From a virus (Duplodnaviria > Caudoviricetes), in the IMG/VR virus record IMGVR_UViG_3300042453_002018, positions 18,199 to 82,198 of that record: a stretch of 64,000 bases of DNA. The stretch is one strand, 5' to 3'. Numbering within the stretch: the stretch's first letter is position 1; each line of letters starts with the position of its first letter. The position numbers were made by a program, and so were the translations under genes. Below, one piece after another: positions 10,091 through 20,213 of this stretch. The notes beneath the pieces were generated by a model. The model was not told the origin of the DNA, did not search any database, and worked only from the letters and a program-made list of their open reading frames with translations.

Positions 10091-10423
10091 ATGTCTAACG
10101 AATTCAAAAAAGAATGTGGTAAAGGATACTATTGGTGCAGTACAGATAAAGTCTGTAAGCCACTACAAGAATCTATGGAAACTACAAAGTTTTGTCCTGC
10201 ATGTAATAAAACAGAAAAACGCTCTGAGTGTGCATTTGGTCCAGAGTATTTTGATAAAAATGCAAGAAGCATGAAAGAAGATATGGGAGCACCAGCAAAT
10301 GCGGTTGGTGGTGGTGCTATTGCTGGTCTTGGCGTTGGACAGCAAGGTGAACCTGGTGTAAAGAAACGCAAAACTGCAACATTCATTTCATTTATAAAGA
10401 GAAAGTCAAATGTGGCTTCTTAG
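10091..10423 (+). CDS. hypothetical Cys-containing protein
   Basis: ORF track; CxxGYYWC and CxxC motifs. Confidence 0.5.
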   Translation: MSNEFKKECGKGYYWCSTDKVCKPLQESMETTKFCPACNKTEKRSECAFGPEYFDKNARSMKEDMGAPANAVGGGAIAGLGVGQQGEPGVKKRKTATFISFIKRKSNVAS

Positions 10424-10847
10424 TTTTTTGCCCAGTGGATTTCTTTTATTCATTATCAATACAGTTTTAATTTGCGGTGCTGTCGGTGCCGTAATTGGTT
10501 TTTTAGGTAGTAGGCTGCCAGTTGTTGGCAACTATGCAAACGTAATTAAATATGTTTCCATAGTATTACTCTGTATCGGCATATATTGGAAAGGAGGCTA
10601 TAGCGTAGAGCAAGAGTGGCGTCAACGAGTGGCTGAATTAGAGGAGAAAGTGAAAGATGCAGAAGCGAAATCACAGCAGACAAATGTTGTTATTGAAACG
10701 AAAGTCAGAGAGAGAGTTAAGAGAGTCGTTGAAAAACGAGAGGTCGTTGTTGAGAAGATTAAAGAAGTGGAAAAAGTTATCGATGCAAAATGTGAACTTG
10801 ATCCAAGCGTAGTAAACCTTTTGAATGAAGCAGCCAAAAAGCCATGA
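10410..10847 (+). CDS. putative inner-membrane spanin (Rz-like)
   Basis: N-terminal TM segments + coiled coil; followed by lipoprotein and endolysin. Confidence 0.6.
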   Translation: MWLLSFLPSGFLLFIINTVLICGAVGAVIGFLGSRLPVVGNYANVIKYVSIVLLCIGIYWKGGYSVEQEWRQRVAELEEKVKDAEAKSQQTNVVIETKVRERVKRVVEKREVVVEKIKEVEKVIDAKCELDPSVVNLLNEAAKKP

Positions 10848-11104
10848 AAAAATTACTTATAGTTTTATTGCTTACTGGTTGTAGTACAACTGTGCCAGTG
10901 GCGCGTAAATTTCCTGAAATCCCAGATTCATTCAAGAATTCTTGTGCGCCACTGGCACAAATAAAAGAAGGCACAACCAAACTGAGTGAAGTGATTACGG
11001 TTGTTGCCGATAACTATACAGAGTATCACCTGTGTAGTGATAAAGTTGACATGTGGATAGAATGGTATAGATTACAAAAAGAGAATTTTGATTCTGTAAA
11101 ATAA
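10844..11104 (+). CDS. putative outer-membrane spanin lipoprotein (Rz1-like)
   Basis: lipobox LLLTGC followed by Pro-rich segment. Confidence 0.65.
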   Translation: MKKLLIVLLLTGCSTTVPVARKFPEIPDSFKNSCAPLAQIKEGTTKLSEVITVVADNYTEYHLCSDKVDMWIEWYRLQKENFDSVK

Positions 11105-11119
11105 AACCTGAGGATACAC

Positions 11120-11737
11120 ATGGAACTTACAAAAGAACAACTAAAACAATTACTACCAAAGAATCCATATATTGACCAGTGGTACAAAGCATTAAGTCAA
11201 TTGCTTCCTGATTATGAAATCAATACACCACAGCGCATTGCATCGTTTATTGCACAATGCGCTCACGAATCTGGTAATTTTGTTTTTCTTACTGAAAACT
11301 TGAATTACAAAGCGGAAAGTCTGATGAAGACATTTCCAAAATACTTCAAAGATTTAGCTACAGCAAAAGCTTACGAAAAGCAACCACAAAAAATTGCGAA
11401 TAAAATCTATGCAGATCGCATGGGTAACGGTAACGAAGCATCTGGTGACGGATGGAAATATCGTGGTCGTGGATTAATTCAACTGACTGGCAAAACAAAC
11501 TATACTTGGTTTGCAGCATCACTCGAAATCAGCTCAGAAGAAGCAGCGGAATATACACAAACATTTGAAGGTGCTGCACAATCAGCATGTTGGTTCTGGG
11601 AAACAAACAAACTGAATCAATATGCGGACACAGGTGACATTCTTACAATGACGAAGAGAATTAATGGTGGGACCATAGGACTTGAGGATCGCAAGAAACA
11701 TTATGCACATGCTCTTCACGTTCTAGGAGTCCACTAA
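11120..11737 (+). CDS. glycoside hydrolase family 19 endolysin
   Basis: FIAQCAHES, ENLNY, YRGRGLIQLTG, TKRINGG motifs. Confidence 0.9.
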   Translation: MELTKEQLKQLLPKNPYIDQWYKALSQLLPDYEINTPQRIASFIAQCAHESGNFVFLTENLNYKAESLMKTFPKYFKDLATAKAYEKQPQKIANKIYADRMGNGNEASGDGWKYRGRGLIQLTGKTNYTWFAASLEISSEEAAEYTQTFEGAAQSACWFWETNKLNQYADTGDILTMTKRINGGTIGLEDRKKHYAHALHVLGVH

Positions 11738-11961
11738 TGAAATATCTAGCACTTCTATTATTACCATTATTAGTAGCGTGTGAAGAAAACTATCGTTATC
11801 CTTGTCAAGACCCAGAAAACTGGGATACAAAACAATGTAAAAAACCATACTGTAGCGCAAACGGAACTTGTCCTGAAGATTTGACACATTACGAAAAGAA
11901 TAAAGCAGGTCAACCTTCACCACAATTTCAACAGGTTCCAAGTAAAGGAGAATGTAAATGA
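11737..11961 (+). CDS. small Cys-rich lipoprotein
   Basis: lipobox LLVAC; YRYPCQDP. Confidence 0.6.
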   Translation: MKYLALLLLPLLVACEENYRYPCQDPENWDTKQCKKPYCSANGTCPEDLTHYEKNKAGQPSPQFQQVPSKGECK

Positions 11962-12431
11962 TTAAAGATTTATGGTCAGGAGAAAGATATACAACAGAAG
12001 AACTCAATGCACGACTGAAGTTTTTTATCGGCATTGTTTTGGGATTAACACTATTCGGTATTGTCTTTGTTGTTCTTTATAGTTTGATTTTTGTTACTCA
12101 ACCGATGAACGGTATGAGTCCTGTTGACAACAAGTTTTTTGAACTTATCATTCCTATTGCCACATTCTTGACAGGTACATTGTCAGGTATCATGCTTGCA
12201 GGTGACGATAAAGATTTGAGAGCAAAAGCACTTGATGCAGCAAACAAACCATATGTGCCACCGCCACCACCTCCAGTTGTGTCTGCGCCAGTTAGCACAG
12301 GTTTCGGAGCAACACCATCAGCAAGTCCATTTGATACTGTGGTAGATGCATTCTCATCATTTGCACCAACAGTTGCATCAGGTTTTGGTGGCAAAGATGC
12401 ACCCGCACAGCCTCCGCATCCTGAAAAATGA
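11958..12431 (+). CDS. membrane protein, 2 TM (holin/antiholin candidate)
   Basis: two hydrophobic helices, Pro-rich tail, lysis cassette. Confidence 0.5.
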   Translation: MIKDLWSGERYTTEELNARLKFFIGIVLGLTLFGIVFVVLYSLIFVTQPMNGMSPVDNKFFELIIPIATFLTGTLSGIMLAGDDKDLRAKALDAANKPYVPPPPPPVVSAPVSTGFGATPSASPFDTVVDAFSSFAPTVASGFGGKDAPAQPPHPEK

Positions 12432-12655
12432 AAAAGTTTTTGATGCAAATGCTTACCGCTGAAGGTGAGCAACAACCTTCCAGCAAGAGAGTAATTACCT
12501 TTTTGGCTTTTATTCTACTTGCTGTTGGGTTTATTGCCGAATTGTTTTTTGAAAGAAAGTTGAATCCATCGACGTTTGATGTTATGATGTATATTGTGCT
12601 AGGTGGATTAGGATTTACCGCATCTGAAAAGTTTACCTCAAAGGAAGAAAAATGA
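12428..12655 (+). CDS. small 2-TM holin-like protein
   Basis: SSKR motif + two TM helices + charged C-terminus. Confidence 0.55.
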   Translation: MKKFLMQMLTAEGEQQPSSKRVITFLAFILLAVGFIAELFFERKLNPSTFDVMMYIVLGGLGFTASEKFTSKEEK

Positions 12656-12849
12656 AAAAAGAAATTGCATTGATGTCGATGATTTTGGCTCTGCTTTTTG
12701 TACCACTTAGCAAAGGCGCTTTTGCTGCTGAAGAAAAGAAAGTGTGCGTCAAAGAGTATGACAATAAAACTAAAAAAGAAAAAGAAGTGTGCAAGACTAT
12801 CAAAGTCCATAAGAAGTTAGAAGGCACAAAGATTCCAGAGAAGAAGTAA
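12652..12849 (+). CDS. small secreted basic protein
   Basis: signal peptide ending AFA; Lys-rich with two Cys. Confidence 0.5.
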   Translation: MKKEIALMSMILALLFVPLSKGAFAAEEKKVCVKEYDNKTKKEKEVCKTIKVHKKLEGTKIPEKK

Positions 12850-12852
12850 GAA

Positions 12853-13281
12853 ATGGACGGAGAAGTAGCACTTAAAGTAGAGGTTGGCGTTCTCAAAGAG
12901 AAAGTCTATACCCTTGTAGACCTTTGTGAGAAGATGGATCGCGTTATCGAAAAACTTACTGATAACAACACAACAGTAGTCAACCAGATTTATAACGACA
13001 TGGAAAAAAGAAGAGAAGATACCGCAAGTGATATCAAAGAACTTCATTCAAGAATAACTACCGTGGACAGAAATCTTTCAGATAAGATTGAGTTGACTGA
13101 GCGTAGAATTATGGATGAAATAAAATCACTACGCGATCATATTACTGAACATAATCAAAAAGAAGAAGATGATTTACAATCACTCATGAAATGGAAATGG
13201 ATGGTTGCCGGTGGTGTAGTTGTAGTTGCATGGATTGTATCTAACCTTAAATTTGAACATTTGGCAAAGTTTTTTGGATAA
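12853..13281 (+). CDS. coiled-coil protein with C-terminal TM
   Basis: heptad pattern; WKWMVAGG TM end. Confidence 0.55.
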   Translation: MDGEVALKVEVGVLKEKVYTLVDLCEKMDRVIEKLTDNNTTVVNQIYNDMEKRREDTASDIKELHSRITTVDRNLSDKIELTERRIMDEIKSLRDHITEHNQKEEDDLQSLMKWKWMVAGGVVVVAWIVSNLKFEHLAKFFG

Positions 13282-13316
13282 TTGATTTTTGTGAGCAGTA
13301 GTGTTATAATGATTGT

Positions 13317-14363
13317 ATGGCTATATACATTGATTCAAAATATGTGAGATTGGTTTCTTCACGCTTGCGTAACTTCAAGCAGAAAAACACCAATCTTTGG
13401 AACTTCTCATGCCCATATTGCGGAGATTCCCAGACAAACAAACTCAAAGCCCGAGGCTATGTTTATGCTAAGGGCAATGATTTATTCTATCGCTGTCACA
13501 ACTGTGGAGTAGGAACAAATGCAGCCAATTTCATCAAACATGTCGACCCATCACTACATGGAGAATATGTACTTGAGAAATACAAATCAGGTACAGGAAC
13601 AGCGAACACATATCACAGAAAAAGTAGTGATACACCAAGAATCATTACCCAACCACCCAAATTTGGTCACATCAAAAAGCGCAGTATATTTGAACATGGG
13701 GAGTGGCTCAGTAATTTACCAAGTGGACATTTTTGTCTAAATTATGCACAGAATCGTTTGATACCTGAAGAACATTATGATAAGTTGTTGTTCACTTCAA
13801 ATTATAAGATATTCTGTGACACACTAATTCCCAATCACGATAAAAAACTCATTGAAGATGCTAGGCTTGTTATACCCTTCTTCAATTATCAGAATGAATT
13901 AGTTGCAGTAAGTGGTCGTGCATTAGAAACAAGTGATCGCACACTACGTTATGTTACATTGCGTACAAATGATTCGGAGAATAAACTTATCTATGGCATG
14001 GATCGTGTAAATTTAGATGAACGTGTTTATCTTGTTGAAGGTCCGATCGACAGTTTGTTTTTGAAAAATTGTGTAGCATCTGGTGATGCAAATCTTGCGT
14101 TAACGGTGAAAAATATTCAAGCAAAAAAAATTACGCTTGTATTTGACAATGAGCCAAGAAATAAAGAAGTATGTAAGTTGATTGAAAATGCAATCAAATC
14201 GAATCACAATGTCGTAATTTGGCCAGATAACATTGAAGGTAAAGATATTAATGAGATGATTCTCAATGGTTTTTCATCTGGCGAAATTCAAGAGATTATA
14301 GATAGTAATACATTTTATGGACTTGAGGCTATAGCCAAATTTACATTTTGGAAGAAATTATGA
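13317..14363 (+). CDS. gp61: DNA primase (T4 gp61-like)
   Basis: CPYCGDS...CHNC zinc ribbon; VEGPIDSLF and FDNEPRN TOPRIM motifs; KDINE. Confidence 0.95.
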   Translation: MAIYIDSKYVRLVSSRLRNFKQKNTNLWNFSCPYCGDSQTNKLKARGYVYAKGNDLFYRCHNCGVGTNAANFIKHVDPSLHGEYVLEKYKSGTGTANTYHRKSSDTPRIITQPPKFGHIKKRSIFEHGEWLSNLPSGHFCLNYAQNRLIPEEHYDKLLFTSNYKIFCDTLIPNHDKKLIEDARLVIPFFNYQNELVAVSGRALETSDRTLRYVTLRTNDSENKLIYGMDRVNLDERVYLVEGPIDSLFLKNCVASGDANLALTVKNIQAKKITLVFDNEPRNKEVCKLIENAIKSNHNVVIWPDNIEGKDINEMILNGFSSGEIQEIIDSNTFYGLEAIAKFTFWKKL

Positions 14364-14599
14364 ACGAACGAATTAAAGAATGTATGTTCAGCGCTGGTTT
14401 GAATTCTAACTACGTCGAAGGATTCGACAGCATTTATTCGAATCAACTGGAAAAGTTTGCCAATTTGATTGTTAAGGAATGTATGCGTATGTGTGAAGTT
14501 ACAGAGATGAGTTTTGTGACCCATGACTGTGATGTGGAAGCATCTGGTGCAATTACTGTAAAACAGTTTATTGCAGAACATTTTGAAATTGAAGAATAA
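14360..14599 (+). CDS. MNERI-family small protein
   Basis: MNERIKE...EKFANLIVKEC...EHF; paralogous to ORFs at 31258, 32976, 33164, 33433. Confidence 0.6.
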   Translation: MNERIKECMFSAGLNSNYVEGFDSIYSNQLEKFANLIVKECMRMCEVTEMSFVTHDCDVEASGAITVKQFIAEHFEIEE

Positions 14600-14641
14600 A
14601 AAACACTAAATAACATTGTCACTCAAAAGGAGTCCAGTGTT

Positions 14642-15214
14642 ATGTCTAAAAAGTATGTAAAAATATGGGAAGATTATAATGGTCAAAAGTTGCCAGAAAA
14701 CATGGAAATTCATCATATAGATGGCAATCACGACAACAATGATCCAAACAATCTATTGGCAGTAACAATAGAACAACATTTAGAAATACATCAAAAGCAA
14801 AAAGATTATGGAGCAGTACAGGCTATTTTGATGAGAATCAATAGAAGTGAAAGTGACACAAAATTGCTTACCGAATGTGCATCCAAGCATCAAAAGAAAT
14901 TACTCTCTGAGGGTAGGCACAATTTTCAATTGATGACTGAAGAAAGACGCAAAGAAATAAGTTATAAAGTAGGTAATCTTACCAAAGAAAAACAAATAGG
15001 ATTACATAGAATAAATGCTGATCCTATTCTATCAAAACAAAATGCAACAAAAGCAGGTTTGACATCTAAAGAAAAAAAAGCAGGTTGGCACGATCCAGAA
15101 AAAAGTGGTAGTAATTATGTAAAGAATACATTTTGGTGGACTAATAGCATTACAGGTGAAAGAAAAAGAAGTCAGGATTGTCCTGGTAATAATTGGAATA
15201 AAGGAATGAAATAA
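14642..15214 (+). CDS. HNH homing endonuclease
   Basis: EIHHIDGNHDNNDPNNL...EQHLEIH; free-standing between primase and thyX. Confidence 0.85.
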   Translation: MSKKYVKIWEDYNGQKLPENMEIHHIDGNHDNNDPNNLLAVTIEQHLEIHQKQKDYGAVQAILMRINRSESDTKLLTECASKHQKKLLSEGRHNFQLMTEERRKEISYKVGNLTKEKQIGLHRINADPILSKQNATKAGLTSKEKKAGWHDPEKSGSNYVKNTFWWTNSITGERKRSQDCPGNNWNKGMK

Positions 15215-15867
15215 TGAGTGTGAAATTGATTGGTGTAACAGCACCTTTTGCTGGACACAATTCGGCAGAAGATATGATTGTTTATATGGCCAGAGTATCC
15301 AATCCAAAAAATCAAGACATGGTTCGAGGTAATGAGAAATTGATTAGGTATTGTATAAAAAATCAGCATTGGTCAATTTTTGAAATGGTCAACGTTGTTA
15401 TGGAAATAAGTACAACAAGAGACATCGCAAGACAAATCTTGCGACACCGCAGTTTCTCTTTTCAAGAGTTTAGCCAACGATATGCTGACCCGACGAAAGA
15501 TTTGGGATTTGATTTGCGTGAAGCAAGATTACAAGATACAAAGAATCGTCAAAACAGTATTGAAACTGATAATTATGCTCTAAAGACCTTATGGGAAGAG
15601 CAACAGCGTTTTATTATTGATTCTGCAAAGAGTGCATATGATTGGGCAATTGAGAATGGTATTGCAAAAGAACAAGCAAGAGCAGTATTGCCAGAGGGTA
15701 ACACACAATCGCGCATGTACATGAATGGTACCTTGCGTAGTTGGATCCACTATTGCCAGTTGCGTATGTCAAATGGCACACAAAAAGAACACGCAGAGAT
15801 AGCAATAGAATGTTGGAAAATCATTTCAGAAAAATTTCCAAACGTAGCGGTAGCATTAGAACAATAA
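15214..15867 (+). CDS. thyX: FAD-dependent thymidylate synthase
   Basis: RHRSFSFQEFSQRY ThyX signature; HWSIFE; EQARAVLP. Confidence 0.95.
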   Translation: MSVKLIGVTAPFAGHNSAEDMIVYMARVSNPKNQDMVRGNEKLIRYCIKNQHWSIFEMVNVVMEISTTRDIARQILRHRSFSFQEFSQRYADPTKDLGFDLREARLQDTKNRQNSIETDNYALKTLWEEQQRFIIDSAKSAYDWAIENGIAKEQARAVLPEGNTQSRMYMNGTLRSWIHYCQLRMSNGTQKEHAEIAIECWKIISEKFPNVAVALEQ

Positions 15868-15880
15868 CAATGGAGAAGAA

Positions 15881-17674
15881 ATGGTAGATATTAGCAGCAT
15901 TAAAATAGACCTAGAGAGAGATAAATTATTCGATGAACTCGGAACCAAAAGACTTAAAGAATCATACATGCGAGAAACTGAATCAAGTCCTCAAGAAAGA
16001 TTCGCATTCGTATCCGCAGCCTTTGCATCCAATCCTGATCATGCTCAAAGGCTTTACGATTATTCTAGTAAGCACTGGCTTTCTTATTCTACTCCTATTT
16101 TATCTTTTGGCCGTAGTAAGCGTGGTTTGCCTATCAGTTGTTTTTTACCCTATTTGGATGATTCAGCAGAAGGTTTGGTCAATACTTTATCGGAAGTAAA
16201 CTGGTTATCAATGTTAGGAGGTGGTGTTGGAATTGGATTGGGAATTCGTTCTGCTGATGATAAGTCCGTTGGTATCATGCCTCATCTTCGGACTTATGAT
16301 GCATCTTCATTGGCGTATAGGCAAGGTCGTACAAGGCGTGGCTCTTATGCTGCCTATCTTGATATCAGTCATCCTGATATTATTTCTTTCTTAGAGATGC
16401 GTAAGCCTACTGGTGATCCAAATTTACGCACATTAAATCTACACCACGGTATTAACATCACAGATGATTTTATGCAGTTGATTGAAAAATGTATGTTAGA
16501 CCACGATGCAGATGATACATGGGAACTCAAAGATCCGCATAGCGGTGAAGTTAAAGACAGAGTATCGGCGCGTGAATTGTGGCAGCGCATCCTAGAAACA
16601 CGCATGTTGACTGGCGAACCATACATTCACTTTATTGATACAAGTAATCGGTTGATGCCAGAATTTCAAAAACAAAAAGGTCTGAGTATCAAACAATCTA
16701 ATTTGTGTTCTGAAATTATTTTACCTACAGACAAACAACGCACAGCCGTATGTTGCCTGTCGTCTGTAAATTTGGAGTATTATGATGATTGGAAAGATAA
16801 TAAACTTTTTCTGCGGGACGTGGCGGAAATGCTTGATAATGTACTTCAGTATTTTATTGACAATGCTCCTGATGTTATACACAGAGCCAGGTTCTCTGCT
16901 CAACAAGAGCGCAGCATTGGTGTGGGGGCTCTTGGCTATCACGCTCTTCTTCAGAAAAAAAATATTGCGTTCGAATCTGCGGTAGCAAAGTCATTCAATA
17001 ATCAAGTATTCAAACATATCAGAGAGAAACTAGACAATGCAAATCTTGAACTCGGTAAAATTCGTGGTGAGGCTCCTGACGCTGCTGGTACTGGCAAACG
17101 CTTTTCTCATCTCATGGCTATTGCACCCAATGCTTCTTCTTCTATTATTATGGGCAATACTTCTCCTAGCGTGGAGCCGTACCGTGCAAACGCCTACAGA
17201 CAAGACACACTCTCAGGAGCATACCTGAACAAAAATAAATTCTTGGATAAAATCATCAAGGAGAAATGTGATGCAGACAGCAAATTGGACTATCAAGAAA
17301 TCTGGTCATCTATCATTGCAAATGACGGTTCCGTTCAACATTTGGACTTCTTGGATGACTATACCAAAGATGTCTACAAAACTGGAATGGAAATTGACCA
17401 AAGATGGGTTGTGGACCACGCCGCTGACAGACAACATTACGTTGACCAAGCGCAATCCATTAACCTCTTTTTTAGACCTGATGTAAATGTTAAATATCTT
17501 CATGCAGTACATTTTCAAGCATGGAAACAAGGACTGAAAACATTATATTACTGCCGTTCAGAGAAACTAGCAAAGGCCGATAAAGTATCCAAGAAAATTG
17601 AACGTGAGATTATACAAGAGATTGATTTGAAACAATTGGCTACTGAGGAGGTCTGTTTAGCATGTGAGGGCTAA
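15881..17674 (+). CDS. nrdA: ribonucleotide reductase class Ia alpha subunit
   Basis: SNLCSEI, AIAPNASSS, KTLYY and C-terminal CLACEG. Confidence 0.95.
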   Translation: MVDISSIKIDLERDKLFDELGTKRLKESYMRETESSPQERFAFVSAAFASNPDHAQRLYDYSSKHWLSYSTPILSFGRSKRGLPISCFLPYLDDSAEGLVNTLSEVNWLSMLGGGVGIGLGIRSADDKSVGIMPHLRTYDASSLAYRQGRTRRGSYAAYLDISHPDIISFLEMRKPTGDPNLRTLNLHHGINITDDFMQLIEKCMLDHDADDTWELKDPHSGEVKDRVSARELWQRILETRMLTGEPYIHFIDTSNRLMPEFQKQKGLSIKQSNLCSEIILPTDKQRTAVCCLSSVNLEYYDDWKDNKLFLRDVAEMLDNVLQYFIDNAPDVIHRARFSAQQERSIGVGALGYHALLQKKNIAFESAVAKSFNNQVFKHIREKLDNANLELGKIRGEAPDAAGTGKRFSHLMAIAPNASSSIIMGNTSPSVEPYRANAYRQDTLSGAYLNKNKFLDKIIKEKCDADSKLDYQEIWSSIIANDGSVQHLDFLDDYTKDVYKTGMEIDQRWVVDHAADRQHYVDQAQSINLFFRPDVNVKYLHAVHFQAWKQGLKTLYYCRSEKLAKADKVSKKIEREIIQEIDLKQLATEEVCLACEG

Positions 17675-17796
17675 ATGTCATTCGAACTAAATCCAAAGAA
17701 ACCAAAACCACATCCAAAGCGACCGATATACAAAGAAAAAACTCCTGCTCCGTCAAAAGAGCAGGAGAAAAAAGACAATGACAAGAACAAACAAAA

Positions 17797-18435
17797 GTGA
17801 AAACCCTAGCACTATTTTTACATCAGCCGAAATGCTCTATTCAATCTGGTAACGGAATTATAAAAGCATTACACCCATTCTATAAATTTAAAATATTCAC
17901 TAAACATGAAGTTGAAGACGATTTCTTTGATGACGTTGACATGGTTGTATTTCCTGGAGGTGTTGGTGATGCTGATTCTTGGGATTCTCTTCTCAAGTTT
18001 CATAAATCCAGAATACAGAAGTTTGTTGCAAACGGTGGACGCTATCTGGGAATATGCATGGGTGCCTATTGGGCTGATCACACTTATTTTGGGCTATCTT
18101 CAGACTTCAGAGTCGATCAATACATTACAAGACCAAACACCGATACCAAAAGACCCCATGCAAAACAAATGAAAGTTACTTGGGATAATAAACCCGAAGA
18201 ACTTTTCTTTTATGATGGGTGTGCAATTTTTGGTGATGAAACAAAATATGATGTCATAGCACGATATCCTAATGGTGATGCAATGGCAGTTATACAGAAT
18301 AGAATCGGTTTGATCGGCTGTCATCCAGAAGCAGAGCAACATTGGTATGAAGATTATACATGGATGAGAAAACGATGGAACGGCAGCAAAAACTATTTGC
18401 TGCTTGATTTTGTAAACAGATTAATGGAGAAGTAA
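17797..18435 (+). CDS. class I glutamine amidotransferase-like (BPL-N-type) protein
   Basis: FPGG, YLGICMGAY nucleophile elbow, CHPE. Confidence 0.75.
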   Translation: MKTLALFLHQPKCSIQSGNGIIKALHPFYKFKIFTKHEVEDDFFDDVDMVVFPGGVGDADSWDSLLKFHKSRIQKFVANGGRYLGICMGAYWADHTYFGLSSDFRVDQYITRPNTDTKRPHAKQMKVTWDNKPEELFFYDGCAIFGDETKYDVIARYPNGDAMAVIQNRIGLIGCHPEAEQHWYEDYTWMRKRWNGSKNYLLLDFVNRLMEK

Positions 18436-18737
18436 CATGATAGGTGAAATTATTATGTGGGGTTTCTTTTCTGCATGGGGCTGGTTTGGTGCAACATACA
18501 TTAAAGAAAAAATATGGCCAGAAAAACCACCAATAGTACAAGAAGAAAAAAAGGAAACAAAGAATGAACAAAAATAAAGATTACAGCAATTTTGAAACAC
18601 AAAAAGAAATACTGTTAGACTACTTACAAGTAATGATTGCGATTGAAGATTGGCATGGCGTATCAGATGTGGCAAATGATTTGCGCGAATTAGAAGCAAA
18701 GCAAAATTCAAACTACAAAAGCAAATAAGGAGATATT

Positions 18738-18872
18738 ATGGCAAAGCAAACTGGTGTATCTAAACACAAAAAAGTACATAAACTGACTAAGCAAGGTGGA
18801 CATAATAAAACATCTAGCATGAGTAAAACTGAAAAACGCTCATTTAAAAAGTACAGAGGACAAGGAAAATGA
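18738..18872 (+). CDS. small basic protein (ends KKYRGQGK), not in ORF track
   Basis: AAGGAG RBS; 44 aa Lys-rich; stop overlaps thioredoxin start. Confidence 0.6.
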   Translation: MAKQTGVSKHKKVHKLTKQGGHNKTSSMSKTEKRSFKKYRGQGK

Positions 18873-19114
18873 AGAAGATAGTTCGATTTACAGCATCGTG
18901 GTGTGGTCCCTGTAAAATGCTGGCTAAAACACTAGAAGAAGTGGACTCAAAACTACCAATTGAAGTTGTGGATATCGATATACATCCAGAAGTTGCAGCA
19001 GAATTTGGCATTCGTGGTGTACCCACATTGGTGATTGTTGAAGATAATATACCATCAAAAAGATTAGTAGGAAATAAAACAAAACAAGAAATAGAGGCAT
19101 TCATCAATGATTAA
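18869..19114 (+). CDS. trxA: thioredoxin
   Basis: WCGPC active site; GVPT. Confidence 0.92.
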   Translation: MKKIVRFTASWCGPCKMLAKTLEEVDSKLPIEVVDIDIHPEVAAEFGIRGVPTLVIVEDNIPSKRLVGNKTKQEIEAFIND

Positions 19115-20099
19115 AAAGCACGACACAAAACTAACAGACGAAAGAACAGCGTTCAAGCCTTTCGCATATCCATGGGCATATGAAAGTTGGCTCAAACATG
19201 AACAGAGTCATTGGCTTCATACTGAAGTACCTATGCTTGAAGATGTAAAAGATTGGAAGAATAAACTCACACAAGATGAGAAGAATTTTCTCACACACAT
19301 TTTTAGATTTTTCACACAGGGTGATATTGACGTAGCTGGTGGTTATGTAAAGAATTATCTGCCATATTTTCCACAACCAGAAGTTCGTATGATGTTGTTG
19401 GGCTTTGCGGCGCGTGAAGCATTACACATTGCAGCATATTCACATTTGATTGAAACACTTGGTATGCCAGATACCACATATACGGAGTTTTTAGAATATG
19501 AAGAGATGCGTTCAAAACATGATTATGTTCTTGGTATTAGCACACAAAATGGCGATAGGGCTTCTACTGCTGCTCACATTGCAGTATTCTCTGCTTTTAC
19601 CGAAGGAATGCAATTATTCAGTTCCTTTATCATGTTACTTAATTTTCCACGCACAGGCAAAATGAGAGGTATGGGACAAATCATTACGTGGTCAATCGTA
19701 GATGAAACACAACACGCAGAGTCTATGATTAAATTGTTCCGTACATATATCGAAGAGAACAAAGAAATTTGGAACGATGATCTGAAAAGTAAAATTTATA
19801 CCATTGCAGAGAAAATGGTTGAACTTGAGGATAAGTTTATTGATTTGGCTTTTAACATGGGTGAGATGACTGGTCTAACAGCGGCAGATGTGAAGCAATA
19901 CATTCGTTATATTGCAGATCGTAGACTGATTTCACTTGGACTCAAAGGTGTATTCAAAGTTAAAAAGAATCCACTACCATGGGTAGAAGAAATGATTAAT
20001 GCACCAACACACACCAACTTTTTTGAAAATCGCGCAACAGATTATTCAAAGGGTGCATTGACAGGTAATTGGGAAACTGTATGGGGTAAGGCAGCGTAA
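19107..20099 (+). CDS. nrdB: ribonucleotide reductase class Ia beta subunit
   Basis: EALH, DETQH diiron ligands; NFFE...DY C-terminus. Confidence 0.95.
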   Translation: MIKKHDTKLTDERTAFKPFAYPWAYESWLKHEQSHWLHTEVPMLEDVKDWKNKLTQDEKNFLTHIFRFFTQGDIDVAGGYVKNYLPYFPQPEVRMMLLGFAAREALHIAAYSHLIETLGMPDTTYTEFLEYEEMRSKHDYVLGISTQNGDRASTAAHIAVFSAFTEGMQLFSSFIMLLNFPRTGKMRGMGQIITWSIVDETQHAESMIKLFRTYIEENKEIWNDDLKSKIYTIAEKMVELEDKFIDLAFNMGEMTGLTAADVKQYIRYIADRRLISLGLKGVFKVKKNPLPWVEEMINAPTHTNFFENRATDYSKGALTGNWETVWGKAA

Positions 20100-20158
20100 T
20101 ACTAAATATAAAGTCTGATTGTCTTCGGCGATTGGACTATTAAAAAAAATTCCAAATT

Positions 20159-20176
20159 GTGACGGTTCCGTTACAG
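20159..20176 (-). promoter_or_regulatory. candidate Pho box
   Basis: reverse strand reads CTGTAAC-GGAA-CCGTCAC (11-bp period, PhoB consensus CTGTCAT-N4-CTGTCAC) just upstream of pstS. Confidence 0.5.
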
Positions 20177-20213
20177 CAGAATAATTTTAGTAGTCTAACT
20201 CAAAGGAGATAAT

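Noticed and set aside
14642-20099. Introns or inteins in thyX, nrdA or nrdB
   Set aside because: All three are continuous and of normal compact length; the HNH gene is free-standing
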